Part shown: positions 32,348 to 40,863 of the stretch, in pieces
Position numbering within the stretch: position 1 is the first letter of the stretch
Layout of the letters: every line of letters begins with the position of its first letter
Assembly: GCA_002772995.1 (NCBI GenBank)
Contig: PFCO01000001.1
Coordinates: 64,244 to 128,243, forward strand
Direction of reading: 5' to 3'
DNA length: 64,000 bases
DNA from: Candidatus Niyogibacteria bacterium CG10_big_fil_rev_8_21_14_0_10_46_36
GTDB lineage: Bacteria; Patescibacteriota; Minisyncoccia; 1-14-0-10-42-19
Position numbers and translations under genes: made by a program
Notes under the pieces: generated by a model
The model's input: the letters and a program-made list of their open reading frames with translations, nothing else
Database searches by the model: none
Told to the model about the DNA's origin: nothing

Positions 32348-33880
32348 TTATTCATATTCAATCGTCGCAGGCGGCTTTTGAGTGATATCGTAGAGTACCC
32401 GGTTTACTCCTTTTACTTCCCGGACTATGCGGTTTGAAATGCGCTCAAGCAAACTGTGGTTCATTTTATACCAGTCGGCAGTCATCCCATCTACAGAGTG
32501 CACCGCGCGGAGCGCAATAATGTGCTCATATGTCCGCGCATCTCCCATTACTCCCACTGTGCGTAATGGCAAAAGAACTGCAAACGCCTGCCATATCTTT
32601 CCGTATTCCCCCGCCCTCCGCAATTCTTCTATATAAATAGCGTCTGCTTCACGCACCATATGCAACCGCTCTTCGGTAACTTCTCCCACAACGCGGATAG
32701 AAAGACCGGGCCCCGGAAACGGGTGGCGCCAAAGCACTTTTTTGGGCAAGCGTAACTCTTCTCCGAGCCTCCGGACTTCATCCTTATACAGATCGGCAAG
32801 CGGTTCGAGGATGTGGAACCCAAACCGTTCCGGCAATGTGAGATTGTGGTGGCTTTTTATTTTTTCTGCCACATGCGAACCATACGCGGACTCTATCCTG
32901 TCCGGATAAATGGTGCCCTGCGCTAGAAACCGTACGGGGTATTTTTTAAAATCATATGCAATCATCCGTTCAAATACATGGATAAATGTATGCCCGATAA
33001 TCTTCCTTTTCTTTTCCGGATCCTCTATTCCCTTCAGCCGTTCAAGAAAATTCTTACGCGCATCCACGGTACGTATGTCATGGAGGCCTTGCGCGGTGAT
33101 TGCTTTTCCCACCGCCCCGACTTCGTCTTTGCGCAATAATCCATTATCAACAAATACGCCGTGTAGTTGTCTGCCGATTGCACGATGAAGCAGCGTTGCC
33201 GCAACAAGAGAATCAACACCCCCTGAAAGCGCGATGACAACATGCGCGTCCCCCACCATTTCTCGCATAGAAGCAATAATCTCATCTTTCAATATGGGCA
33301 TACTCCAATTCTTCTTGGCGCCGCATACAGAAAAGACAAAATTGGCAATAATGTCCTTTCCCCGTTTTGTATACGCGACTTCGGGATGAAACTGCACTCC
33401 AAACCACGGTTTTTTCTCATGAGCAAACGCAGCATGAGCGCAGGCTTCAGTTGAAGCAATCGCCTGGAACCCCTGCGGAAGCATATACACATAATCTCCA
33501 TGAGAAAACCACACAGGTTCTTTTTTTGTGAGCCCTTTAAAGAGCGGGTTGCGCGAGGTACATGATATTTTTTCTTTTCCGTATTCGCGGACTTCTCCCG
33601 TCCGCACAACCCCCCCGAAAAATTTTGCCATGACCTGCGCACCGTAACAAATGCCGAATACCGGTATACCTAATTCAAAAATCTCTTTTTGCGGACGCGG
33701 ATATCCGTTCTCTAGCACAGACCGCGGACCGCCCGAAAGAATAATACCCACAGGATGGAATGCCCGTATCTCTTCTATCGATGCCTGAAAATGCAAAATC
33801 TCGGCACGCACGCCGAGATCCCGTATTCTCCTTGCTATAAGATGAGCGAATTGTGAACCGAAGTTCAATATTACAATCAT
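32348..33880 (-). CDS. guaA: GMP synthase (glutamine-hydrolysing)
   Basis: FGSQF, GICYG, QFHPEV, SGGVDS, IKSHHN, RHPFPGPG, KPPATIEYE. Confidence 0.98.
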   Translation of the reverse strand: MIVILNFGSQFAHLIARRIRDLGVRAEILHFQASIEEIRAFHPVGIILSGGPRSVLENGYPRPQKEIFELGIPVFGICYGAQVMAKFFGGVVRTGEVREYGKEKISCTSRNPLFKGLTKKEPVWFSHGDYVYMLPQGFQAIASTEACAHAAFAHEKKPWFGVQFHPEVAYTKRGKDIIANFVFSVCGAKKNWSMPILKDEIIASMREMVGDAHVVIALSGGVDSLVAATLLHRAIGRQLHGVFVDNGLLRKDEVGAVGKAITAQGLHDIRTVDARKNFLERLKGIEDPEKKRKIIGHTFIHVFERMIAYDFKKYPVRFLAQGTIYPDRIESAYGSHVAEKIKSHHNLTLPERFGFHILEPLADLYKDEVRRLGEELRLPKKVLWRHPFPGPGLSIRVVGEVTEERLHMVREADAIYIEELRRAGEYGKIWQAFAVLLPLRTVGVMGDARTYEHIIALRAVHSVDGMTADWYKMNHSLLERISNRIVREVKGVNRVLYDITQKPPATIEYE

Positions 33881-33910
33881 ACCTATAGTATATCATTCGC
33901 CCCCCTTTCA

Positions 33911-34435
33911 TCAAATTTTTTTTCTCCGTGACAGATCTTTGAGTATCTTTACATATCCTCTCCGCTCTGCGTTCTTCCAATCAAGACCAAGGATAGAGAC
34001 AAGCTCATCAATGTTTTTTTTTGTTGATTCTATCTCCACAAAATGCAACCGCCCCACCCTATCAAGCTCTATAAATGCGTCTCCCAGTTTCCAATGTTCC
34101 CGGTATTTCTCATACGAAAAATCTTCTACAAAGCCAAGTGCCCGTATCATCTTTTCCGCTTTTTGGAAATTATCCGCCTCGGTCTCAAATTCTTCTTTTA
34201 TCTTGTATTTTTTGCTGTTCTGTTTTGAGGGGGTTTTTACTGCCATGTAGACGCCGTGGTCATCCCATTCCCGCAGCCGAAAAATAGTATTCTTTTTGTG
34301 AAGATCCCGGCGCCTAGTGTCAAAAAAAATGCTTCTTTCCATCCCTTTCCATATCATATGCGCGCCTCTCTGTTCAAGAATTTTTCTGGCAGAAGAAAAG
34401 TCACGCACCTTAAATTTTACTTCTATTTCCTGCAT
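33911..34435 (-). CDS. CYTH-domain protein (class IV adenylate cyclase-like)
   Basis: EIEVKF (ExExK), FRLRE, EKYRE, FVEIE. Confidence 0.88.
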   Translation of the reverse strand: MQEIEVKFKVRDFSSARKILEQRGAHMIWKGMERSIFFDTRRRDLHKKNTIFRLREWDDHGVYMAVKTPSKQNSKKYKIKEEFETEADNFQKAEKMIRALGFVEDFSYEKYREHWKLGDAFIELDRVGRLHFVEIESTKKNIDELVSILGLDWKNAERRGYVKILKDLSRRKKI

Positions 34436-34493
34436 GCAATATTTACAAAATAATAACAGGTAGTATCATATATTCACGATAGCATTATTATCG

Positions 34494-35150
34494 ATGAAAG
34501 AATCTGAAAACACAACAATGGTACCCATAGCAACAACAAAGCGTGCATTTGACATACTGAGCGCAAGTTTTTTTATTATGCTCCTTTCCCCGATATTCCT
34601 TCTTATAAGTATATGCATATATATTGAAGGCGTTTTCAATAAAAAAAATAGGGGGCCTGTTTTTTACACGGAAACGCGCATGTCGCAAGGAAAACCATTC
34701 ACACTCCGCAAGTTCCGCATTTTTAAGGTGGCAAGTTACCAGTCTATCCGTGATCGGGGTGAAATCGTGAGCACAAAGATGCTTGAACGAAAGCCGGGAA
34801 CCATGACTAGGACGGGAAATATATTAAAAAAATTCTATCTCGATGAATTACCACAGCTGTTCAGCGTGCTTCGGGGAGATATGAGCATGGTGGGAACACG
34901 TCCCTGGACTCCCCCTGATTACAAAAAAGAAATCGCAAAGGGAATATACCGGAAGAAAGCTATCAAGGCGGGTATTACCGGCCCAGTACAAATTCATAAA
35001 CACGACGCAAAAGCGGTGGGAGGCGAACATATGCTTGATGACCGCTATGTCTCTTACCAACGCGCGCACAGAGGTATGCGTATAGTTTTTTACGATATAA
35101 AAATCCTTCTGCTCTCCTTGTGGTTTATGGTGAAGGGGCAGGGACTTTAG
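34494..35150 (+). CDS. Bacterial sugar transferase (phosphoglycosyl transferase)
   Basis: KRAFDI, KFR, LDELPQL, GDMSMVGTRP, GITG. Confidence 0.9.
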   Translation: MKESENTTMVPIATTKRAFDILSASFFIMLLSPIFLLISICIYIEGVFNKKNRGPVFYTETRMSQGKPFTLRKFRIFKVASYQSIRDRGEIVSTKMLERKPGTMTRTGNILKKFYLDELPQLFSVLRGDMSMVGTRPWTPPDYKKEIAKGIYRKKAIKAGITGPVQIHKHDAKAVGGEHMLDDRYVSYQRAHRGMRIVFYDIKILLLSLWFMVKGQGL

Positions 35151-35593
35151 AGCGACCGCTGATATCTTTTCACCAGAGAGGAGCTGGACTGAATCTTGCC
35201 TCCTTTTCCTGTGTTAAATGCCATTTTGCATTTGATAATTTTGCATACTTCCTTCTCACGGGCATTTTTTTGTGTCACATCCCCGCCGTTCGCAAAAATA
35301 TGCGGACGGATACGCATAAGCGCATCAGTAACGCTCATGTCTTTGGGGTTTTTCGGATGACCCGTTACTACTACCTTGTCTACAAACGAAAGCGCTTCAA
35401 TAATCTCTTTACGCTCCCGTTCGGGCATAAACACATATCCCTTTTTCGCACGGAGCCAGTGGTCATTATTCAGAACAACAATCAGCCTATCCCCTAGTGT
35501 TTTTGCTTCCTTAAAAAGACGGATATGCCCGATATGAATCGGGTCAAATCCTCCGGATACCGCGACAATGATAGGTGAGACACTCTTCCTCAT
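35147..35593 (-). CDS. Cytidylyltransferase-family protein (TagD/RfaE-like)
   Basis: SGGFDPIHIGH, FANGGD, QSSS; start probably ATG 35593. Confidence 0.9.
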   Translation of the reverse strand: MRKSVSPIIVAVSGGFDPIHIGHIRLFKEAKTLGDRLIVVLNNDHWLRAKKGYVFMPERERKEIIEALSFVDKVVVTGHPKNPKDMSVTDALMRIRPHIFANGGDVTQKNAREKEVCKIIKCKMAFNTGKGGKIQSSSSLVKRYQRSL

Positions 35594-35609
35594 AATCTTC
35601 TTTTTGCGT

Positions 35610-35778
35610 TTAAACTTCTTTAAGGTCATAGTTCAGAATAGCATCCGTATCGCCAAAAAGAAACTTCCCGGAAAACGACTTTCCTGAGAAAAAAGCGGCA
35701 GCCAATGCTTGTCATCGGGCCACATGTCCCGAAGCGGTATTTCATTAACCAAGAACCACTGCGACTTCATTTCATCAC
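35610..35778 (-). pseudogene. C-terminal remnant of an MTH1/NUDT1-like Nudix hydrolase, frameshifted and interrupted
   Basis: Manual translation DEMKSQWFLVNEIPLRDMWPDDKHWLPLF / SGKSFSGKFLFGDTDAILNYDLKEV*, frameshift at a T6 run; MWPDD-x2-W motif. Confidence 0.85.
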
Positions 35779-35796
35779 CTTACACATACAAAAATA

Positions 35797-35825
35797 TTGA
35801 CAAAATATAAATATAATGATATAAT
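35797..35825 (+). promoter_or_regulatory. Consensus sigma70 promoter inside the cassette
   Basis: TTGACA-17-TATAAT with extended TG. Confidence 0.88.
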
Positions 35826-35867
35826 CTCAAAAAGTTAGTATTTCATAAAAAAATACGGAGGTTAAGA

Positions 35868-36080
35868 ATGGCAAAAATAGATAGTCCCAACTGGACGGAA
35901 CACGGATGCGAAAAACACCGCCTTCCCGAAGTCCCCTGTCCCCAATGTTTTGCCGAAGAGGACGCTGATATTGAGGTTCAAATCACTGAAACGGAAGTAA
36001 GGGAGCTTGATTTCAGCCCTGAGCTCTCGGTCCGAGACCTATTACCCCTTGGCTGGCTTGCCGACCGCATAATTGGCTAA
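35868..36080 (+). CDS. Small acidic protein with a putative zinc motif (70 aa)
   Basis: CEKH-x6-CPQC; GGAGG SD; own promoter. Confidence 0.75.
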   Translation: MAKIDSPNWTEHGCEKHRLPEVPCPQCFAEEDADIEVQITETEVRELDFSPELSVRDLLPLGWLADRIIG

Positions 36081-36117
36081 CCAACATAGTGCTAAGCATC
36101 ACTCTAAACTGCTTTTT

Positions 36118-38796
36118 TTATTTGCCATGGCACTTTTTATACTTCTTGCCCGAACCACAGGGACAGAGGTCATTCCGTCCTACTTTTTCCCCTTCCGGCG
36201 TTTTAGGTGCTGACTGCGCTTTCGGTGCGGCATGCACGTGCGTGCTTTCCATTGAAAGCGGGCTTTGAGCCGAAGCATGCGACGCATGCATTTCTGTCTG
36301 CTTAATAGGCGGATTTGAACCAACACGGAATACAATATGAGAAAGATGCGCCCGGATTGCCGCTTGCATTTCTTTGAACATGCGCGAGCCTTCATTTTTA
36401 TACTCAATAAGCGGGTCCCGCTGGCCATACGCACGAAGACGGACAGAGGAGCGCATATACTCCATCGCCTCCAAATGATTCGCCCAGCTAAGATCAACTA
36501 TCTGGAGGGTGTACGCTCGCAATAGATTCGCGAACGCCTGCTCCCCGAGCCCTGTTTTTCGATTATCAAACATGCCACGCCACACATTGTGAACATACAT
36601 ATGCATTTCGTTGCGTATCTCTTCAGCACCCCCCTTCCCTTTTTTTATCTCAAGCAAGCGGCTATGCACATCAGACGCAACACCGAGACGCGCGTGAAGA
36701 TTTTCGTATATTTCTTCTATATTCCATTCATCAATAAAATTATGCTGGGTATGAAACGCGAGTATGCTGTCTATTTCTTCTTCTATCATCTCTCCTGCTT
36801 TTTCAAATATTTTTTCCGGCTCCGAAAAAAGAAAATCCTTGCGTGTTGTATACAATGACATGCGTTGCCTGTTTAATACATCATCATATTCGAGCAAGTG
36901 CTTGCGCGCATCAAAATTAAATCCTTCTATTTTCTCTTGCGCGGACGAAAGTGCGCGCGACACCATATTATGTTCAATAGGAACATCTTCGGGTATGCCG
37001 AAGCGCCCCATCATATTTTTTATACGGTCAGGACCAAAGATGCGCATCAGGTCATCTTCAAGCGAAACATAAAATTGCGTCTCCCCCGGGTCGCCTTGGC
37101 GTCCCGCACGGCCCCGAAGCTGGTTATCAATGCGGCGTGCTTCGTGCCGTTCGGTTCCTAATACAAAAAGTCCTCCGAGTTCCTTTACCCGTTTCGCTTC
37201 TTCAACGCTTTGCGGGTTGCCCCCCAAAATAATGTCTACACCGCGTCCTGCCATATTAGTTGCAACAGTAACCGCGCCGGGGCGGCCTGCCTGCGCAATA
37301 ACTTGCGCTTCATGTTCGTGATTCTTTGCGTTCAGCATCTCGTGTGGAATGCCTTCTTTTTTTAATAACGCTGAGAGATACTCATTCTTTTCTATAGATG
37401 TAGTCCCCAGCAATATCGGCTGACCCTTTGTGTGCCGTTCTTTAATCTCACGAACAACCGCCTTCCACTTTCCTCCGGTCGTCTGGAAAATCCTGTCTGG
37501 AAGATCTTTTCTCATAAGCTGCTTGTTTGTGGGAATAATAAGAACATCCAAATCATACACCCTGCTAAATTCCTCCGCTGATGTTGCTGCGGTCCCTGTC
37601 ATGCCGGAAAGTTTGTCATACATCCGAAATAAATTCTGGAATGTAATAGATGCCATGGTGCGGGATTCGCGCTGGACGACAACCCCTTCTTTTGCTTCAA
37701 CCGCCTGATGCAGCCCGTCCGACCACCTACGCCCTGGCATGAGCCTCCCGGTAAACTCATCCACAATAATAATGTCTCCGTCTTTAACTACATAGTCTTT
37801 ATCTTTATGGAAAAGCGCTTGCGCGCGGAGTGCCTGCTCTAGATGATGCACATATCGGATACCTCCCTCAGAATACATATCTTGAATGCCTAAAAGCTTC
37901 TCAACGCGGTCGATGCCTTCTTCCGTTATAGTTACCGCTTTCATTTTTTCATCAATATTGTAGTCCCGCCCTTCTTCTAATTGCGGGGTAAGGCGCGAAA
38001 ATGTCCGGTACAGTGCCCCTGATTCTTGGTCGGGTGCGGAAATAATAAGCGGCGTACGCGCCTCATCAATTAAAATGGAATCTATTTCATCGATAACCGC
38101 AAAAAATGGCTCACGCTGAACTAATGCGTCAGGAGTTGATGCAAGATTATCCCGCAAATAATCAAATCCAAATTCATTATTTGTTCCGTAGGTAATATCT
38201 GCCTCGTATGCTTCTTTGCGCGATACCGGACGCCAATGGTTGAGACGGTCATCTCCGTGGTCATGCTGGTCAGTATAAGCCGGGTCATATACCGCGGAAA
38301 AGTCGTGCGTAATAACACCGACCGAAACGCCAAGTGTATGGTACACGGGAGCCATCCATCCGCCTCCAACACGGGCAAGATATTCGTTCGGGGTTATCAA
38401 GTGGCATCCTTTGCCGAGCAAGCTATTTAAATAGAGAGGGAGTGTCGCAACAAGCGTCTTTCCTTCACCGGTCCGCATCTCAGCAATCCCTCCCTGATGC
38501 AACACCATGCCTCCGATAAGCTGCACGTCAAAATGGCGCAGTCCTATGGAACGACGAGACGCTTCCCGCACCAATGCAAACGCCTCGGGAAGTATTTCAT
38601 TCAGCATGTTTTTCTGCTCGTCAAAAGAAGCGCCTTCTTGCAGGCGCTTCTTTAACTGTTGTGTCCGTTCTTTAAGAGCGTCGTCGGAATATGATTGTAT
38701 TTTTTCTTCCGCATTGTTGATGTCTGGAATAGCTGCGGACAATTTTTCTATTGCGCGCTTATGCGGATCGCCAAATATTTTTTTAAATAGAGACAT
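36118..38796 (-). CDS. secA: Preprotein translocase ATPase SecA
   Basis: MRTGEGKT, DEIDSILIDEARTPLIIS, NMAGRG, SEC-C GRNDLCPCGSGKKYKKCHG. Confidence 0.99.
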   Translation of the reverse strand: MSLFKKIFGDPHKRAIEKLSAAIPDINNAEEKIQSYSDDALKERTQQLKKRLQEGASFDEQKNMLNEILPEAFALVREASRRSIGLRHFDVQLIGGMVLHQGGIAEMRTGEGKTLVATLPLYLNSLLGKGCHLITPNEYLARVGGGWMAPVYHTLGVSVGVITHDFSAVYDPAYTDQHDHGDDRLNHWRPVSRKEAYEADITYGTNNEFGFDYLRDNLASTPDALVQREPFFAVIDEIDSILIDEARTPLIISAPDQESGALYRTFSRLTPQLEEGRDYNIDEKMKAVTITEEGIDRVEKLLGIQDMYSEGGIRYVHHLEQALRAQALFHKDKDYVVKDGDIIIVDEFTGRLMPGRRWSDGLHQAVEAKEGVVVQRESRTMASITFQNLFRMYDKLSGMTGTAATSAEEFSRVYDLDVLIIPTNKQLMRKDLPDRIFQTTGGKWKAVVREIKERHTKGQPILLGTTSIEKNEYLSALLKKEGIPHEMLNAKNHEHEAQVIAQAGRPGAVTVATNMAGRGVDIILGGNPQSVEEAKRVKELGGLFVLGTERHEARRIDNQLRGRAGRQGDPGETQFYVSLEDDLMRIFGPDRIKNMMGRFGIPEDVPIEHNMVSRALSSAQEKIEGFNFDARKHLLEYDDVLNRQRMSLYTTRKDFLFSEPEKIFEKAGEMIEEEIDSILAFHTQHNFIDEWNIEEIYENLHARLGVASDVHSRLLEIKKGKGGAEEIRNEMHMYVHNVWRGMFDNRKTGLGEQAFANLLRAYTLQIVDLSWANHLEAMEYMRSSVRLRAYGQRDPLIEYKNEGSRMFKEMQAAIRAHLSHIVFRVGSNPPIKQTEMHASHASAQSPLSMESTHVHAAPKAQSAPKTPEGEKVGRNDLCPCGSGKKYKKCHGK

Positions 38797-38799
38797 GTA

Positions 38800-39174
38800 T
38801 TATTGATTACTTTTGAGCACTTCTTTTGCTTGTCTCGCGCCGCGTCGCGAACGAGATTCTTTCTTCCCCTTAAAGCTTTTGATACGCCGCTCAATTCCGT
38901 CTTTTGCTTCGTTCACCGCCGCCTCAAGCGATGCCGCAACCGCGCTCATGCGGAGAGGAAGGCGTCTCCCAGGAACCACGACTTGTGCTTCACAAAACCA
39001 CTGCGTGCTGGCATTGCGCACACTTCGCTTGCGTATCTCTATATCGCACTGGGCGTTCATTTTTTTGTCTATTTTGGGAAGCAGCCGCTTAATAGGAACA
39101 GCAAGCTTAGTATTGACTAACACTTCAATAGATTTTGTAATTTCAAGATTTTTGCTATATATGCGTATTTTCAT
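38800..39174 (-). CDS. Ribosome hibernation factor HPF/RaiA family
   Basis: MKIRIYSKNLEIT, SLEAAVNEAKDGIERRIKSFK pattern; canonical position upstream of secA. Confidence 0.75.
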   Translation of the reverse strand: MKIRIYSKNLEITKSIEVLVNTKLAVPIKRLLPKIDKKMNAQCDIEIRKRSVRNASTQWFCEAQVVVPGRRLPLRMSAVAASLEAAVNEAKDGIERRIKSFKGKKESRSRRGARQAKEVLKSNQ

Positions 39175-39187
39175 AGGGTCAGTATAT

Positions 39188-39222
39188 CAAAAAAGAAGCG
39201 CCCCGTAAATCAGGACGCTTCT
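39188..39222 (-). terminator. Terminator after the small basic protein
   Basis: Minus strand AGAAGCGTCC-TGATTTAC-GGGGCGCTTCT-TTTTT. Confidence 0.8.
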
Positions 39223-39235
39223 CGAGAGATCAAAA

Positions 39236-39361
39236 TTATCTCCTCTTGCGGCGTGAGCTCTTTTTGGTGCTCTTCTTTGCTGCCTTTCTTCGCTTCGTTG
39301 TCTTTCGTTTCGTAGTCTTGCGTGAGCTCTTTTTCGCTGCTTTCTTTCTTTTTTTTGCCAT
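39236..39361 (-). CDS. 41-aa protamine/histone-H1-like basic protein
   Basis: MAKKRKKAAKKSSRKTTKRKTTKRRKAAKKSTKKSSRRKRR, followed by a terminator. Confidence 0.8.
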   Translation of the reverse strand: MAKKRKKAAKKSSRKTTKRKTTKRRKAAKKSTKKSSRRKRR

Positions 39362-39385
39362 AAAAAATGCGAAAAAAATTCTACC

Positions 39386-39456
39386 CAACAAACATCGACC
39401 GCGAGCTGTTTGTTGTTCCAACTCATACTACAATAAAATTGTAATACGAGTTGGAA
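39386..39456 (-). promoter_or_regulatory. Two abutting hairpins upstream of the basic protein
   Basis: 19-bp stem at 39416-39456 (both mismatches are G-U on the minus strand) and a 9+3-bp stem with CGGU loop at 39386-39415. Confidence 0.6.
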
Positions 39457-39663
39457 TAGAGTGTAAAAATTTTTTATAAAATTTTCTTGAAAGTACTTCT
39501 ATATATATTATCAAATGATTTATTGACAAAAACAATAAAAAATTTCTAAACCTGTGGATAAATATTTTAAAAAAATATTATACATATGCGCGTTATGCAA
39601 TAAAAAAATATTACATCACGCAAAAAAAATAAAAAACTTTTCTCTAGAAAAGTTTTTACATGC

Positions 39664-39751
39664 ATTCTTTTCCCTGAAAGTCAGGGGGAGGTTTGACTCC
39701 ATCATACATCATGTGTGAGTGCGCTCACCCCTGACCGTCAGGAAAAAGAAT
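39664..39751 (-). ncRNA. Candidate structured RNA, 88-nt irregular hairpin
   Basis: Nested stems of 14, 8, 3 and 4 bp; U-G pair on the minus strand. Confidence 0.45.
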
Positions 39752-39810
39752 ATTCTCTTCCATAATACTACCACCACATGTACGAAAATGAAAGACTCAT
39801 AAAGACCCAT

Positions 39811-39848
39811 AAAAAACGAAAAATCCCGGCAGAGCCGGGAACTTTCGT
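39811..39848 (-). terminator. Intrinsic terminator about 40-75 nt after a strong promoter
   Basis: ACGAAAGTTCCCGGC-TCT-GCCGGGATTTTTCGT-TTTTT. Confidence 0.8.
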
Positions 39849-39893
39849 GATGATGATGAAATGTGTCAAAAATTGGCACACTCACTTATTAGG

Positions 39894-39922
39894 AGTATAG
39901 CAAATTGCTTAACATATGTCAA
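39894..39922 (-). promoter_or_regulatory. Strong sigma70 promoter with no large ORF downstream
   Basis: TTGACA-17-TATACT with extended TG. Confidence 0.85.
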
Positions 39923-39942
39923 TAAGTATGCTTTTGGGAAGT

Positions 39943-40863
39943 CTACTCTTCCAGACCATAGAGCTTTTTCAGTTCTAAAATGCCTTCTTTAAAATCTACG
40001 CGAGGCTCCCATCCCAATAGCTCCTTTGCTTTCGAAATGCCGGCGAGCGTATGCTTCGGTTCAAGTCGCGGTTCAATAAACTCATACGGACCTCCTATCA
40101 GTTCTGCTATTTCTAAAACTGTTTTATTGTTTCCTCCGCCTGTATTTATCACTTCTCCCCTTCCTACTTTTTCAGATTCCGCGGCAAGAATATTTGCACG
40201 CACAATATCATAGACATGCGTAAAATCACGCGACTGTTTTCCATCCGGAACAACGGTAAGCTTTTCTCCCTTTTTTCTTTGCTCCAAAAATCTTCCTATA
40301 ACTAAAGCGTATGCGCCTTCCGTATTCGCTCCAGGACCATACACATTAAAATACCGCAAAGAAACCGTTGGGAGACTATAAATGCCGCTGAATAGTTTGC
40401 ACAACATTTCTCCCTGCAATTTTTGCAACGCATACGGACTCAACGGGCGCGGTTCCATTTCTTCTTGCAGCGGGAGTTCTTCTTGATTGCCGTATGCCGA
40501 AGAAGACGCGGAATACACGACTCGCTTTACTTTTGCATCACGCGCGGCAAGCAATACATTCAGCGTGCCGGTAACATTAATATCGTGAGTTGTCCGCGGG
40601 TCTTGTATGGATGGCTGCACACGCGGGAGAGCCGCAATATGGAATACAATATCCGCTCCGGAAAACAAGGGTGCTATATCTTCAAATGAGCGGATATCCT
40701 TTTCTTGAAAATCCGCCTGCGGGTGTAGCCGCTCTTTTTTTCCTGTCAATAAATTATCGATAACAGTTACTCTGCATCCGCGCAAAAGAAGCTCACGCAC
40801 CACATGAGAACCGATAAATCCCGCGCCTCCCGTAACGATTACTTTTTTACCACTGATGTCCAT
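39943..40863 (-). CDS. NAD-dependent nucleotide-sugar epimerase/dehydratase
   Basis: TGGAGFIGSH, SSSAYG, YALQK, RYFNVYGP, RDFTHV. Confidence 0.93.
   Translation of the reverse strand: MDISGKKVIVTGGAGFIGSHVVRELLLRGCRVTVIDNLLTGKKERLHPQADFQEKDIRSFEDIAPLFSGADIVFHIAALPRVQPSIQDPRTTHDINVTGTLNVLLAARDAKVKRVVYSASSSAYGNQEELPLQEEMEPRPLSPYALQKLQGEMLCKLFSGIYSLPTVSLRYFNVYGPGANTEGAYALVIGRFLEQRKKGEKLTVVPDGKQSRDFTHVYDIVRANILAAESEKVGRGEVINTGGGNNKTVLEIAELIGGPYEFIEPRLEPKHTLAGISKAKELLGWEPRVDFKEGILELKKLYGLEE

Larger units (their letters stand above)
35779..36096. mobile_element. 318-bp inserted single-gene cassette with a 6-bp target duplication
   Basis: CATCAC direct repeats at 35773-35778 and 36097-36102; ends CTTA...TAAG; removing it rejoins the Nudix frame. 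Confidence 0.6.

Noticed and set aside
35594-35645. Longer cytidylyltransferase start at 35629 with an apparent -10 element
   Set aside because: This sequence is the 3' end of the Nudix remnant; ATG 35593 fits the family better
39362-39930. SRP RNA, tmRNA, RNase P RNA, CRISPR array or oriC in the long intergenic region
   Set aside because: No SRP GGAA loop motif, no tRNA-like ends, no repeat-spacer periodicity, and only one DnaA box
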